From contig NIVC01003286.1 in the NCBI GenBank assembly GCA_002269645.1, forward strand, positions 1 through 64,000: DNA of 64,000 bases. The letters run 5' to 3'. The DNA is from Macrostomum lignano. Its lineage: Eukaryota. Positions 35,893 through 48,888 of the stretch are shown here, in pieces. Position numbers and translations under genes: made by a program. Below the pieces are notes generated by a model. It saw only the letters and a program-made list of their open reading frames with translations. It made no database searches and was not told the DNA's origin. The first letter of the stretch is position 1, and the number at the start of each line of letters is the position of its first letter.

Positions 35893-36450
35893 ACTTATTT
35901 GTCTTAGCTGTATGGGGGCTCCGGGCATCCGGATACGGCGGGAAGGCGTCGCCGCCCATTCCGCTAACCCCTGGCGACCACGGGCAGCTGGTGCTGCGGT
36001 GTCGCATAGGGAGATCCGGTGTTGCCGCTGTCTGCAGCGCGGTCCCCTTCCGGAGAGTCCAGTAGGTAGATGGTCGCTCTCCCGGTAGCCGGTAGCGAAC
36101 GAGCTGGCAGAGATTCTCGGGTCTGAAAGCATCGGAGATGTCCAGATTTAAGCTGAGGTACGTGAGCCAGTCCTGAGTAAAGGCAGGAAATCACATATGA
36201 AGTGCTCCCACTCTTGATGCTTTCGAGAGGCAGAATGGGCATTCCTCGCTACTGATTTTCTCATGAGGTGACGATGCCTGGCAAAGCAGCCATGTCCCAC
36301 GAGGGCCATGGTCTCCGCCCTGATATTCCTCCGGGTGAGTCCAAGCAGGGCCCTGCGGAGGGCAGGAAAAGGACAGGGGAACAGCCGCGCGCGATTGCCG
36401 GCAGTCTGTGGCATTAGCTGATGCACCTCTCCCAGTGCTTTGAAGTCACC
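35893..36450 (-). mobile_element. Diverged 3' fragment of an R1/LOA-like LINE
   Basis: ORF 36148..36453 LLGLTRRNIRAETMALVGHGCFARH resembles LLCLSRRDMQATTMTLSGHGCFSRH of ORF 8545..10305; shares the GCGGGAAGGCG...CGCCCATTCCGCTAA.CCCTG 3' motif. Confidence 0.75.
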
Positions 36451-36917
36451 CACTGGTTGATCCGATAGGTGATAACGGCGGCGGGGGTTGGGGCCTCATT
36501 GAGTATCTCAAGCCTTCGGTCATCATCCAGACGCCGTGGGCAACTTAGTAGACGGCACGAAGAAACTATTGACATCGAAACGAAATTTTTTTCACAGGTG
36601 CACATGAAATCAAGTAGAAGTTACTATAACGATAAGAAAAATTTCCTCAACGTGTAATAAACACTTTTTTCGAGTTAATAAGAGTAGCTGTCATGATTTC
36701 GCACTATATTTTTTTGTTTTAATAGGTTTTTTACCCGATCTTAGTGTAGAGATATCAAAACCCAGCAGACTACTAGAAGTAAAAGAATAAAATTACGAAT
36801 GCAAACTTAAAAATAGCATGCGCCATACTCAATGTTTATTAATACCAGTTTTATGACGAAAACAGCGAGTGACTATTCCTTTTCTATTCAAAACCTCACC
36901 GTTCAAAGGACGACGGT

Positions 36918-39900
36918 TGTAAAGACTTCACTTAGTTTGTGTGGCAGAAAGATGCTTTTGCGATAGCATGATAAAATCATTCATATATGTATTTGTCGAA
37001 ATAGTATTTTTACCGATCAATGATTTGGGGACTGTAAAATAGATATATTAGTCACGTGCACGTACGCACAAAAGAACAAGCGAAGGAGAGAGTTAAAGAG
37101 CACGATGGTAAAGTGTACGCAGCAACCCCCTCAGCACCCCACACAACACAAGCCAAGTCACTACACTCCTTCCCAACAACTGCAGAAGCAGGGAACAGGG
37201 ATTAAAAGAAACTATTTAGTCCCCAACTCAAAGAGCACTAAAAAACGGAATCACAGTCACTGGTAACACAGTCGATTAGGCTCAGTTCAGATCCTGGTCG
37301 AGCGCCGCGGCAATGCCAAATCGCTCGCATTCGTGGCGTCGCAGGCGACCGCCAGGCCGGGGGCAGCAGCTGCGCCGGCCGCTGCTGGCGGATCTTCCGG
37401 CGGATCAGCGATTGGCTCAGCCTCGGGAGCTTCGCCAGCCGGTACAGCATTCGCGGGTTTGCGAACTTGGTCGATGTGCCGTTGGACCTCCCGGCCGTCA
37501 TCAAAGTGGCACGAGAACGACGCTGCTCCAGAGCTGGCAGTCACCACCGCCGGCTTCAATCTGCCGTCATCAGCGAAGTCCCTGGCAACCACGGCATCGC
37601 CGACCTCAATGCGGCGATTGTGAGCGTTGGCGTCGTGATGCTGCTTTTGCATCGCTTGCTGCACTGCAACCCTGGCTGGCACGTCGGGACGCACTCGATC
37701 GAGCAGTGCAGTCGCCTTCCCATCAGCAGCTCGCACGGCGGCGTGCCAGTCGTGGCATGTGGCGTCACACGGTATGTCAGCAGGAACCGCGCTACTCGGT
37801 CTTCGAGCGAGCCGCCCTTCTGCTTGGCCAGCGACTTCTTCAGCGTTTGCACCGCGCGCTCCGCCTGGCCGTTGGATGCTGGGTGATACGGTGCAGTTCG
37901 CACGTGCTGAATGCCGTTTTTCCGTAGAAATTCGCTCATCTCTTCGCTGACTAGATTTGGCCCGTTGTCCGTAACGACGATGTCTGGCAGACCGTGAGTA
38001 GCGAAACTCTGCCGCAGTCTCTGAATCGTGGCCGTTGACGTCGTCGACATCATTACATGAACTTCCATTCACTTCGAATGAGCTTCCACGATCATCAGAA
38101 GCATTTTTCCTTCTACCGGATCAGCAAAGTCGAGATGAAGACGCGACCAGGGTCTGTCCGGCCATGCCCATGGGTGCAGAGGAACCGGCGCCGGTGACTT
38201 CAGCAGCTCACGGTACTCAGACCACGCACTGGACAGGTGCTCAATGGATTTATCCAGCTTTGGCCACCAGAAAAAACTGCGGGCGAGCGCCTTCATTCTT
38301 GAGGCGCCCTGGTGTCCTTGGTGCAGGCACTGCAGAAGCGCCGAGCGGCCAGCTTGCGGTATCACCACTCTTGTGCCCCAGAGGAGACAGCCATCTTGGA
38401 CACTCAGCTGATTAGCCCGATTTTTGAACGGCTGTAGCTCTTGAGTTACTCGCTCGGGCCAGTAGCCAGACTCGGTGAACTGCAGCACCTTGGACAGGAT
38501 CGGGTCCGTTCTAGTCAAAGCTCGAATGTCTCCGGCAGTCACTGGTCCCTCATCAAGCGTGTCCATGACTAGCACCACATCGGCTGGTGTCGGTGCCTTT
38601 GCTGGTCTCTCTGGCAGCGGCAGTCGACTCAGCGCGTCCGCACGGAGCAGCGAACGACCTGATTGGTGCTCCATCGAGTAGCTGTAGACTGCCAGGATGA
38701 GCGCCCACCTTTGAATTCGACCGGATGCCATTGCTGGAATCGGCTTGGACTCGTGTAGCAGACCCAATAGCGGTTTGTGGTCGCTGATCAGTGTAAACTT
38801 CCGACCGTACAGATACGCATGAAACCGCTTCACTCCGAAAATGACCGCCAGAGAGCCTCTTTGTCCAACTGGGAGTACCTGGTCTCAGCATCGTGCAAAG
38901 AGCGCGAAGCGAACGCGATCGGCTGATCGATACCATCAATCCGATGACTGATGACCGCTCCGACGCCGTAGGGCGACGCGTCGCACTTCAGAATCAGCGG
39001 CTTACTTTCGTCGAAGTGCGCGAGGACCGGCGCTTTGCTGAGAAGCGACTTGCACTTCCTAAATGCGGTCTCCTGTTGAGTGCCCCAGCGCCACTGGGCA
39101 CCTTGGTTGAGCAGACAATGCAGCGGCGACAGCTCCGCGGACAAGTTGGGCATGAACTTCCCGTAATAGTTGACATGTCCAAGAAAACTGCAAAGCTGTG
39201 TCACGTCTCGTGGTGCTGGAGCGTCGGCGATCGCACGAACCTTGTCCGGTAGCGGATGCAGACCGTCAGCGTCTATCCGATGGCCCAGATAGCTGACACT
39301 GTCCTGCATGAAGTCGCACTTGCTCAGGCCGCAGTGCAGTCCGCTTTGGTGCAATTTCTTGAGCACTGACTCCGGTGAGCGCAGCTGACTTTTGTCGTCA
39401 ACACCGGTGATGATCAGATCGTCGATAAAACAGGCGACATGCGGAATCGACTGCAGCAGATTGTCCATGTGTCGTTGGAAAATACCGATGGCCGGAGCAA
39501 CTCCAAAAGGCAGCGGGTGTAGCGCAGAAGGCCTTTGGACGTATTAATTGTACAAATCTCTTGGGCTGCTTCGTCCAGTGGCAGTTGAGAATAGGCTTGC
39601 GACAAGTCGAGCTTCGTAAATTTTTCCCACCTGCAAGCTTAGCAAAAAGCTCTTCGATTCTCGGTAGCGGATATTTGTCAGGTTCAACACAGAGATTTAC
39701 CGTTTGTTTGAAGTCGGCACAGATGCGTATTGAACCGTCCGACTTGAGCACTGGCACAATCGGCGAGGCGTAGTCCGAGTTTTTGACTGGTCTGAGCACA
39801 CCTTGCTCAATTTCCTTGTCGAGCTGAGCCTCCACCTTAGTCTCAGGAGCAAACAAGACGTTGCGTGCCTTGAAAAATCGAGGCCGGGCCCCGGCTTTCA

Positions 39901-40699
39901 GATGCAACTGTACAGGCGGTCCGTTGTACTTGCCGAGTCCGGGCTCGAAAACCTCGGAATACTGGTCCAGCAGGGCGCGGATTCCAGGGTGCTCACTGTC
40001 TTTTCGCACAAGGTTGATGCTGCGCCAGTCCAGCGGCAAACATGCCAGCCAGTCACGGCCGATCAGGTTCGAACCAGAGCCCTCGACTACGAGCAGTGGA
40101 AGCTCCTTGGCAGCTCCGGCAGCTTGCACTCGGACGGTAATTTTACCTAGCAGGGGGACCGGCTCTCCTGAGTAGGTGTGCTCTGGGTCGAAGTGCTCTT
40201 TCAGCTTAGCGCAGATCGCTGTATGGCTGAACTGTGCAGGCGACTCTGGAGACATCAGGCTGGCAAGCAACTGATACGTCTTCTTGCCGCAGACGCTAAG
40301 GAAAACGGCACGCTTCTTCTCTTCTTTGATATCATTGGCCTCAAAATACTGCTCCAGTCTTTCTTGGTACTGAATCCACTTTTCAGTGCCCTCTTCATAG
40401 GATTCTATTGAGCCAATCAAGCTCATGGCTCGTCGCCACTGTAAAGACTTCACTTAGTTTGTGTGGCAGAAAGATGCTTACCAAGATGCTTATGCGATAG
40501 CATGATAAAATCATTCATATATGTATTTGTCAAAATAGTATTTTAACCGATCAATAATTTGGGGACTGTAAAATAGATATATTAGTCACGTGCACGTACG
40601 CACAAAAGAACAAGCGAAGGAGAGAGTTAAAGAGCACGATGGTAAAGTGTACGCAGCAACCCCCTCAGCACCCCACACAACACAAGCCAAGTCACTACA
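36918..40699 (-). mobile_element. Ty3/Gypsy (Mag-like) LTR retrotransposon, internally deleted and frameshifted
   Basis: LTRs 36918-37165 and 40440-40699 (TGTAAAGAC...CACTACA on +); perfect 5-bp TSD ACGGT; PBS TGGCGACGAG; PPT GGGAAGGAG; gag start MSLIGSIESY; RT (ACFIDD), RNase H (KCDASPYG), integrase (HLDFA, TDNG, SNGQAERAV). Confidence 0.95.
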
Positions 40700-40704
40700 A
40701 CGGT

Positions 40705-41460
40705 CAAATCCATTTCTTGATATCATCAATAAAACCGGTTTGGGGCTCAAAGGTCGACTTAAATTGTGTATAAATACAAGTGAAAAATCCGAGCTGAAAC
40801 CTCAGACTTGGAGCAGCCTCGTGAAGGCCTCAAGAGATTTTGGGCTTTGGTAGAGCAACCAAACGAGGCAATATCTCTGAAGGAGACAAATACTAATTGG
40901 TAAGCCTTTGTACGAGTCTGAGGTATTTGATTATTGAGAGCTGCGTTATTGCCGGCCGTTACTGACCAGTGGAATTCTATTGAGTTATTGAATTTGGGGT
41001 CTCCCTATTCCTAAGGGATTGAATAGGATCTGCGGACCGATTCCGATACTCTTAGAGGATTATTGGGTGATTTATTTTGATACCCTAGACTCCTAGAGTA
41101 ACAGATAAGGGCACGCGAATCTAATTCTGTTATTTCTAGAAGTCGCCCTTTCTAGAGGACCTCGTCATTGTTATCGAGCTGACTTTGTTACTAGGGCACA
41201 TCTCGGAGTTCTGGACTCGAGGAATACTTCGACGTCGACGGATTAAGTTGTTACGCTCTCATTCTCGGCCGACTTTAGAATTACGAAGGAAGACCACATA
41301 GAGGAGACGAGCTCTACAGACCCACCCTACAAAGAAGAGGAGCCCGCACCAGTAAGTGATCAATGAATTCTGTTCCCAGGACTGAGGTCTGGAAGTGGGA
41401 GTTTACGAGTGACTGATCACCACTCTTAAACTTTTCATTAAGTTCAATCTTCGTAACAGT
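40705..41460 (-). repeat. Interspersed repeat related to 19240-19920 (inverted)
   Basis: Reverse-complement similarity; TGTTACG-like terminus on the minus strand at 41458. Confidence 0.55.
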
Positions 41461-42346
41461 GAGTTCAATACTGTTTATTAATTTTTTTATTACTAAAATA
41501 CAATAGATATGGCTGGTTTTATGTAATAAAACACACAAATAATACGATAAACAATCACTACCGAGGGTCCAGACGAGCGCAGTTGCCTTGTTGCCATGCC
41601 TTCAAGAGGCCGACGGCGTCACCCTGATGACAGACTGAATAAGAGTCTTGCTGAGGAGGTACCAGCCGTTGAGGTTTTCTCATTATTGAGATTCTGACAT
41701 GGGCGTAAAGGGGTGCATTAAATACGCCGGCGCCCATGGGAAGAATCCGAAAATCCGGAAAATTTGTTCGGGATGAGAGGAAAATCAGCGTTAAAAGTTT
41801 TAATTCTAAAACAACCCCGATATCTAAAGATACCCGAACTATCAATAATTACCTGTATTACCTGAATTACCTGGGCCAATGTACAAGATAATACGGCTTG
41901 CGCTGCAGATTGAAAAAAATCTGAAAAGACCAACTTTGACACAGTTCGCACTGCAGACGAAAAAAAACAAAACGCAAAAAATTTTCGTCACGACATGCAG
42001 TGTAAACAGAAACTCCTGCAGCGAGGCAGGTAAAATTGATGCGCTGCATGGCGCAAAGGTTTCGAGTGACGCATGCAGTGCCTCGGGATTCCAGACACTG
42101 TCTGGCAGAGATAAAAGTGCATTTAGTCACAGGATTCTGGCCAACCGAATCCCCAGCTGAGGAAAACAGTCTGATGCAAATCCCAAACCGCGTGACGCAT
42201 CTGGAATGCGAAGTGCAGCCTGCAGTCACGTGAAATTTATGCCATAGGCAGGGAATGCTTCTTCTGTATATAAATGCAGCCATTTTACAGAATGCAGCTG
42301 CAATCCTCGGATTACCGATACAACAACGAAAGGTGAACTTGACTCG

Positions 42347-45300
42347 ATGCAGCTCCTTCAGTTGCGAGTTTCTGCAGCGTTGGCTCTGCTGCTCTGCTCG
42401 CTGGCAGCCGGCCAGGTCTCCCAGTGCGCTCCCGCTGACTCTCCGCGGCTCCGCTTCGTGGCGCAGCTCAGCGTGAACGGCTGCGCGCTGTTCGTGCACG
42501 ACACGGGAGCGAGCGACGGTCCGCACTTGGCAGTCGAGCCGCTCATGTGCGTGACGGACAGCCTGAGAGGCATTGTTCCCCGATTCGACTTCATCACCCA
42601 GCAGCTGTACTTCAGCGTTCCTGTATTGATGAGGGATGCTGGGATGCTCGCAGAGACTCAGCGTCAACTGCAGCATCTGTCACCGAGGTCTGTGAGCTTC
42701 GCCACGGTGACCAACATCAGCGTCTCAGCCGACACCCGCTCATCGGTTTGGGCTTTGGGCTTCCTGTGGACTCCGGATGAGTCAGTAGCCACTCTGAGAC
42801 TCGGCTTCAAAAGGATTGTTGTCAAGACCGATTCAAGTAAAGCTTCAGGTTCAAGAATTTTACAGGAAAGTTTACCTCTCCAGTTTTTTCAATCAGTGTA
42901 TAACCAGCTGAAGCGCAGTGATGACTTTGGAAGCTCACCACAAGAGGCTCTTGAAAAGGTGAAGATATCAGCTTTTATCATTTCAAACGGATCTTGTCAT
43001 GAGGTTCAGAGCCGCGTCATGCTGCAAAACGACAGCTTCATTGATGTCAGCGTGTACAAGCAAAAATTCTTACCCGTGTGCCGACAGCTGCGGTTCACTC
43101 GGTACGTCAAACTCGAGAACTGCTCTGCCCGAGTGCACCAGAGACTCGACATCAAGGGCCACTTCCTCATCGAGCCTCTGCTGTGCCACAACGTCTCCAG
43201 CTTGAGCAGCGAGTTAGTCAGGTATGACTACAGCCGAGACATGCACTACCTAAAGCTGGATCTGGTGCTGCAAGATGAGGCCACACGCGATGCTGTGAGG
43301 ACTCAGTTGGCCGACTTGTCGCCTCGCTCGGTCGACTTCATGCGGCTGTGGACTGCTGAGAGATCGGTGAGCTCTTCGTTGAGTGCTCGGTTCGAGGTCG
43401 GTCCGCTGATGGCGTCGGCAGACTGGAGGTCCGCTCAGCTGCGGCTGCTCTGCGGAACCTTTACGAAGTGCCGCGATCTCAGGTTGGTTGGAATTTTCTG
43501 AGGGGTTTTCAGCTTTTATTGCACCAGATTCAAAAAAGAGTTTACTTTCTAGACTCTCTTTACTTCACAGGACTTCTTGAGTGTTTGCAAGAGTAATACA
43601 AAATCCCTTTTAGTGTCAGCTTGGTTGCTATTGAGCGATCAGATCAGGCTATCAATGCTTTTGTATTGGTTTTTTTTTCTTTTTTAAATTTTTTTGGCGT
43701 TCAAAAATGGATTTGACAATATCCAGGTCTGCTGTGCTGACGGATCCCGCTGACCTGTGGCGACACGTGCAGTGGCGGGTGACGTCGCTGGTTGCTGAGC
43801 AGTGCCACTCCAAGTCCAGCCAAATCACTTCATCATGGAGAATGAAAGCGTCTGAAGGTGCAGTCAGCTGCTCCAGTCTGAAGTCCTGCGTCAGACTGCA
43901 CAGCGCCTCTGCTCCACGCACAGCGGCGTTTCAAATCCTGCCAGACGGTCGCTGCTTCGTGAAGTTTCAGCAGCGACTTACTGGCAGAGTGAGTTTCCAA
44001 CGAAGCTGGACTGAGTACGAGACTGGCTTCGGTGACAGCACTGACTTCTGGATTGGTGAGCGGCGTTTGTGTATCAGCTAATATTGTGTGACGGAGGGTT
44101 GGTAGCAGATCTTGTTAATCTTATGGTGAAATTATGGTTGATTCATGCACTTTCAACTGACGTAATACGGACTGAAAGATTAACTGCCCGGCTAAATAAA
44201 AAAGTTAAGTTGAAATTGCGCCATGATGGCAATCGTCAACACTGGCCTTTTCCGCCTGATTGGCGTTTCGGGTCCTTGTTTTTGGTCCTTGGTTTTTTAT
44301 ACAGCTAGGACTATCAATGCCAAATAGTTTTTTTCAGATGACTAAAATGTCATCCAGGATTCATCAATGAAAAGTATTTGACACTCCGTCCAGACAACGA
44401 AAATGTCGAAAAATGGAAGTCCCAAAGCTACTTTAAAGCATAAGGCAGTAGACAGCGGTTCAGTCCAGCCAGAGCAGCACCAGCCAGAGCAGCACCAGCT
44501 AGAGCAGCACCAGCCAGAGCAGCACCAGCCAGAGCAGCACCAGCCAGAGCAGCACCAGCCAGAGCAGCACCAGCTTCTACGAGTACAACCATCGTTGCAG
44601 TTTTTGCGTATATTTCTATGAAGTTTACATAAAAAACCTTGTTCCCCGACTCAAAACATTAGCTAGTAAATTTTGCGCTGTTCACGTCACGTATAATATT
44701 AATGGCCTCATGAGGCCTTATGATAGATACATGGCGTACTTAAGAAAGGTTAGAACTTATTGACTTATAAAAAAAATCCAAAAAAAATTCCTTTCGTGCG
44801 CGCCCTTCTACGAGATATTTATCTGAGTCGCAGTCAAGTTTCCGAAGCGATGCATTCAGATGACATTTCGCTTCAGTCCTGGCCTGATACAATTAAAACC
44901 CGTCTTGAAGTCTCAGAACAGCCGGCCACTCATCTGGGATATCAGAAGACTTTGAATGGATAATTTAGTCAGTAAACGAATTTAGCTGCACCATCTGCTA
45001 TGGAACGCACATTGTAAAAAATTTATCTCAGGATCCAAATGACGAATCACCTGACAGCAGCGGCGACTAGCCGAGCAGAAGTGACTCAGACTCAGCCGCT
45101 CTCCTCCCGCAGGCCTCTCCGCCATCCACTCGCTCAGCCAGGGCGGCGCCACCCTCAGAGTGGAGATGAAGCTGTGGAACGGCTCTGAGCTGCATGCGGA
45201 GTACGCTGGATTCCAGGTGGGAGGCGCCAGCACTGGGTATCGGATGACGTACCGAGAGATGCTGAGGGACAGGTTAAATGTCAGCTATGTCGCTTTGGAG

Positions 45301-45531
45301 AACAGCAAAGGCATGCGGTTCTCTACGATGGACAGGGACAATGACGTACACAGAGGAATCTCATGCTCAAACAGATGGGGAAAAGCAGGCTGGTGGTTTA
45401 ATGCTTGTCTACACGTCAACCCTAACGGACTTTTTCCTTCGCGGGAGACAACAGATGGCAGCTATATCGTCTGGAACTCTGGCTCTGTCTGGCTGCTTCT
45501 TCGTGAAGTGCGGCTGATGCTGCAGATTTGA
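42347..45531 (+). CDS. Secreted fibrinogen-related protein, copy 3 (intact, 627 aa)
   Basis: Exons 42347-43482 (1136 nt), 43727-44055 (329 nt), 45113-45531 (419 nt); GT-AG introns in the same phases as copy 2; total 1884 nt open. Confidence 0.85.
44464..44575. repeat. 15-bp minisatellite (CAGCCAGAGCAGCAC)n in intron 2 of copy 3
   Basis: Direct reading, ~7 units. Confidence 0.9.
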
Positions 45532-45909
45532 GCATCAAAAATTGAGCAACTCAGTGGCGCACCCTGTTAATTCAGATACTGATTTTTTGGACTTAAGCCA
45601 AAAATTATTGGGAGACTAACAAGCCTGCTGCTGCTAATTATTACCTGCAAAACATGGATTTATACGTCTCCCTGATTGCAAGAGTTTTACTGACTGAAAA
45701 CACTCGAGCGCATAAAAAGTGAAACCAATATTTATACTCAATAAACTCATTTTAATAGACGCAAACTTTATAAATAAGCAAATTATAAAAGGCTGAATAC
45801 TTCAACTAAGAAATCTGAGCAGCTACTCACTTTATTCATACGGCCAAATGCTCGAGAATTTCTTTTTAAATTCGTTTTTTACACTGAAATTTTAGTAATG
45901 ATTTTTTAT

Positions 45910-46323
45910 GAGCACCAGCCAGAGCAGCACCAGCCAGAGCAGCACCAGCCAGAGCAGCACCAGCCAGAGCAGCACCAGCCAGAGCAGCACCAGCCAGAGC
46001 AGCACCAGCCAAAGCAGCACCAGCCAGAGCAGCACCAGCCAGAGCAGCACCAGCCAGAGCAGCACCAGCCAGAGCAGCACCAGCCAGAGCAGCACCAGCC
46101 AGAGCAGCACCAGCCATAGCAGCACCAGCCAGAGCAGCACCAGCCAGAGCAGCACCAGCCAGAGCAGCACCAGCCAGAGCAGCACCAGCCAGAGCAGCAC
46201 CAGCCAGAGCAGCACCAGCCAGAGCAGCACCAGCCAGAGCAGCACCAGCCAGAGCAGCACCAGCCAGAGCAGCACCAGCCAGAGCAGCACCAGCCATAGC
46301 AGCACCAGCCAGAGCAGCACCAG
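45910..46323. repeat. 15-bp minisatellite (CAGCCAGAGCAGCAC)n, ~27 units
   Basis: Direct reading. Confidence 0.95.
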
Positions 46324-46602
46324 TCGTGGCAGCACCGGCCGACTCAGTTCTTCAGCTGATGCTTGCAACTGACTGACTCAAATTAATTTTGTCTTAGACT
46401 TCTCCTTACTTCTTCTTTACCTTAGATTTTTTCATTTAGTCAAGTTTGCGAACAGAAGTATTTAGATGACATTTCGCTTCACTACTGACCTGATACAATT
46501 AAAAACCCGTCTTGCAATCTCGGAACAGCTGGCCGCTCAGCTGGGATATCGGAATGCTTATAATGGATAGTTTAGGCAATTAACAAATTTTAATTTAGGC
46601 AA

Positions 46603-46922
46603 TCCAGGTAGGAGACGCCAGCACTGGGTATCGGATGACGTACCGAGAGATGCTGAGGGACAGGTCAAGTGTCAGCTGGGATGCTTTGGAGCTCAGCAAA
46701 GACATGCGGTTCTCCACGATGGACAGGGACAATGACGTATGGGATGCTGGTTCATGCTCCAATAAATATGGAAAAGGAGGCTGGTGGCTTAAACGCTGCC
46801 ATCAATTCAACCCTAACTGACTTTATCCTTCAGGGGATTTAGCACATCACAGGAATACGGTCAGGCACTCTGGCTCTGCCTATCGAACTTTTCGTGAAAT
46901 GAGGCTGATGCTGCAGAGTTGA
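46603..46922 (+). pseudogene. Degenerate extra FReD terminal exon
   Basis: Homologous to exon 3 from ...FQVGDASTGYR onward; splice acceptor and first ~95 nt missing; in-frame TGA at 46818-46820 where copy 2 has GGA; preceded by intron-2-like sequence (46465-46570 vs 44865-44965). Confidence 0.8.
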
Positions 46923-47569
46923 GAATCAAAAATTGAGCAACTCGTTGGCGCACTCTGTTGACTCAAATATGTTTTTTTTATCGGATAACTGCCAGACATT
47001 AGTACGACTCGTAATAATACTTTTGCAAATTATGAGTCACATATTATCGATTTTTTCGATATCTTTCTGATTGCAAGAGTTTTACCTACTGAAAATAGTC
47101 GAGCGCATAAAGAAACTAAAAACAATATTTTTCGTGATTTTTAACTCAATAAAATCGTATTTTCAACCATAAGCTAATTCAAAAAAGTAAAACATCCAAA
47201 TAAACAAACGTTTTTCGTAAGTCTTAGTCAGTTAAAAATTTTTACACTTGAATTTTCCACGAATTTAAAAACAAACCAAAAGCCTCAATGCTTTGTTGCT
47301 ACTAACCGCATGAGGCTTTTTTGAAGTGTTGCTTTTTTGATAGAATTGATCGATTTTGTGGTTTTTTTGCTTCTTGTCAATGAGGCACGCAGACTCATTT
47401 TTTGTATTCACAGCTTTACCGATAATCAATAAATAGAATTGAACCAGATTGAAGTGCAGAAAACTCCTGTTATTGTTGGTGATGTGCAGGATCAAAAAAT
47501 TACCACTAATTAATACATTTTAATTTATTTGCGTTGACATATTTGCTATGGTCATGAGCGCTACTCAAT

Positions 47570-47763
47570 GGGCCGTATGCAGAAAGCTCTGTCTAGGGTA
47601 GTCCGGTCTTGAAAAGCTAGTCTGGACTTGGATTTGGTATTCAGAAACGCAAAGTTAGACCAGTCTACTATAGACAGAACTAGGATAGCTAGACCATAGA
47701 CTATAGACTGAACTACCCAAGCCCGGACTAGCTAGTCTGGACTAAGCTTTCTGCATACGGCCC
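47570..47763. mobile_element. MITE, probably PIF/Harbinger-like
   Basis: 19-bp perfect TIR GGGCCGTATGCAGAAAGCT; 3-bp TSD AAT at 47567-47569 and 47764-47766; no coding capacity. Confidence 0.8.
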
Positions 47764-48428
47764 AATGCCTGTCTACTGCATCTGGTCTCATATGCATTCT
47801 ACCAACGTACAAAAGTAAAATGTACTATTTAAATTCTGAGCTGTAGATTTCACTTTAAATAATAGTGTCAAAATAGAAGATTGCAATGAAGCATACGGTA
47901 TGTAAACATAAACATGGTGTGGAGTCCAGGACTAATGTGCTCTATATACAAACTTATCGTCATTTTTCCAGTGCTGGAATGTTGGAGCCGGTGGGTAGGT
48001 TTTTACTTGAACTAATTATAATTCGGTAAAGTGTATAATAGTCTTCACCAGACATACATGGTAAAACAAAATCGCACAACAGTTCTACTGTAAAGTGCAG
48101 ATGCAACAAGTTCAGTTCAGCTTCGTCTCGCTTCGAACCGCTCGTGAGCAGTAAAATTCGCAGAAAAATGTCACTTTTCTTCAGCTGTTTGCTGCTGTTC
48201 CTGCAAGTTGGGAATAAATTTGATTTAAAACTGTATTAATACTTTATTGACTTACTAAGGAATCTTACTACATATATCAGCTTCTCGCTTTTATAACATA
48301 TTTCACAGCTGGATGTGTCAAGGCCGAAATCTGCACAGTGGAAGGACTAAATGTTTAATTTCATGAAAATATGAAAATGACGGCTGTTCTTACCTTTTTT
48401 AACGTGGTTTGGAACAAAAGGGAGCCGG

Positions 48429-48888
<460 letters not shown>

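Noticed and set aside
873-42347. Near-equal ~20.7-kb spacing of the three gene starts
   Set aside because: The intervals are filled by different, independent TE insertions, so the regularity is coincidental.
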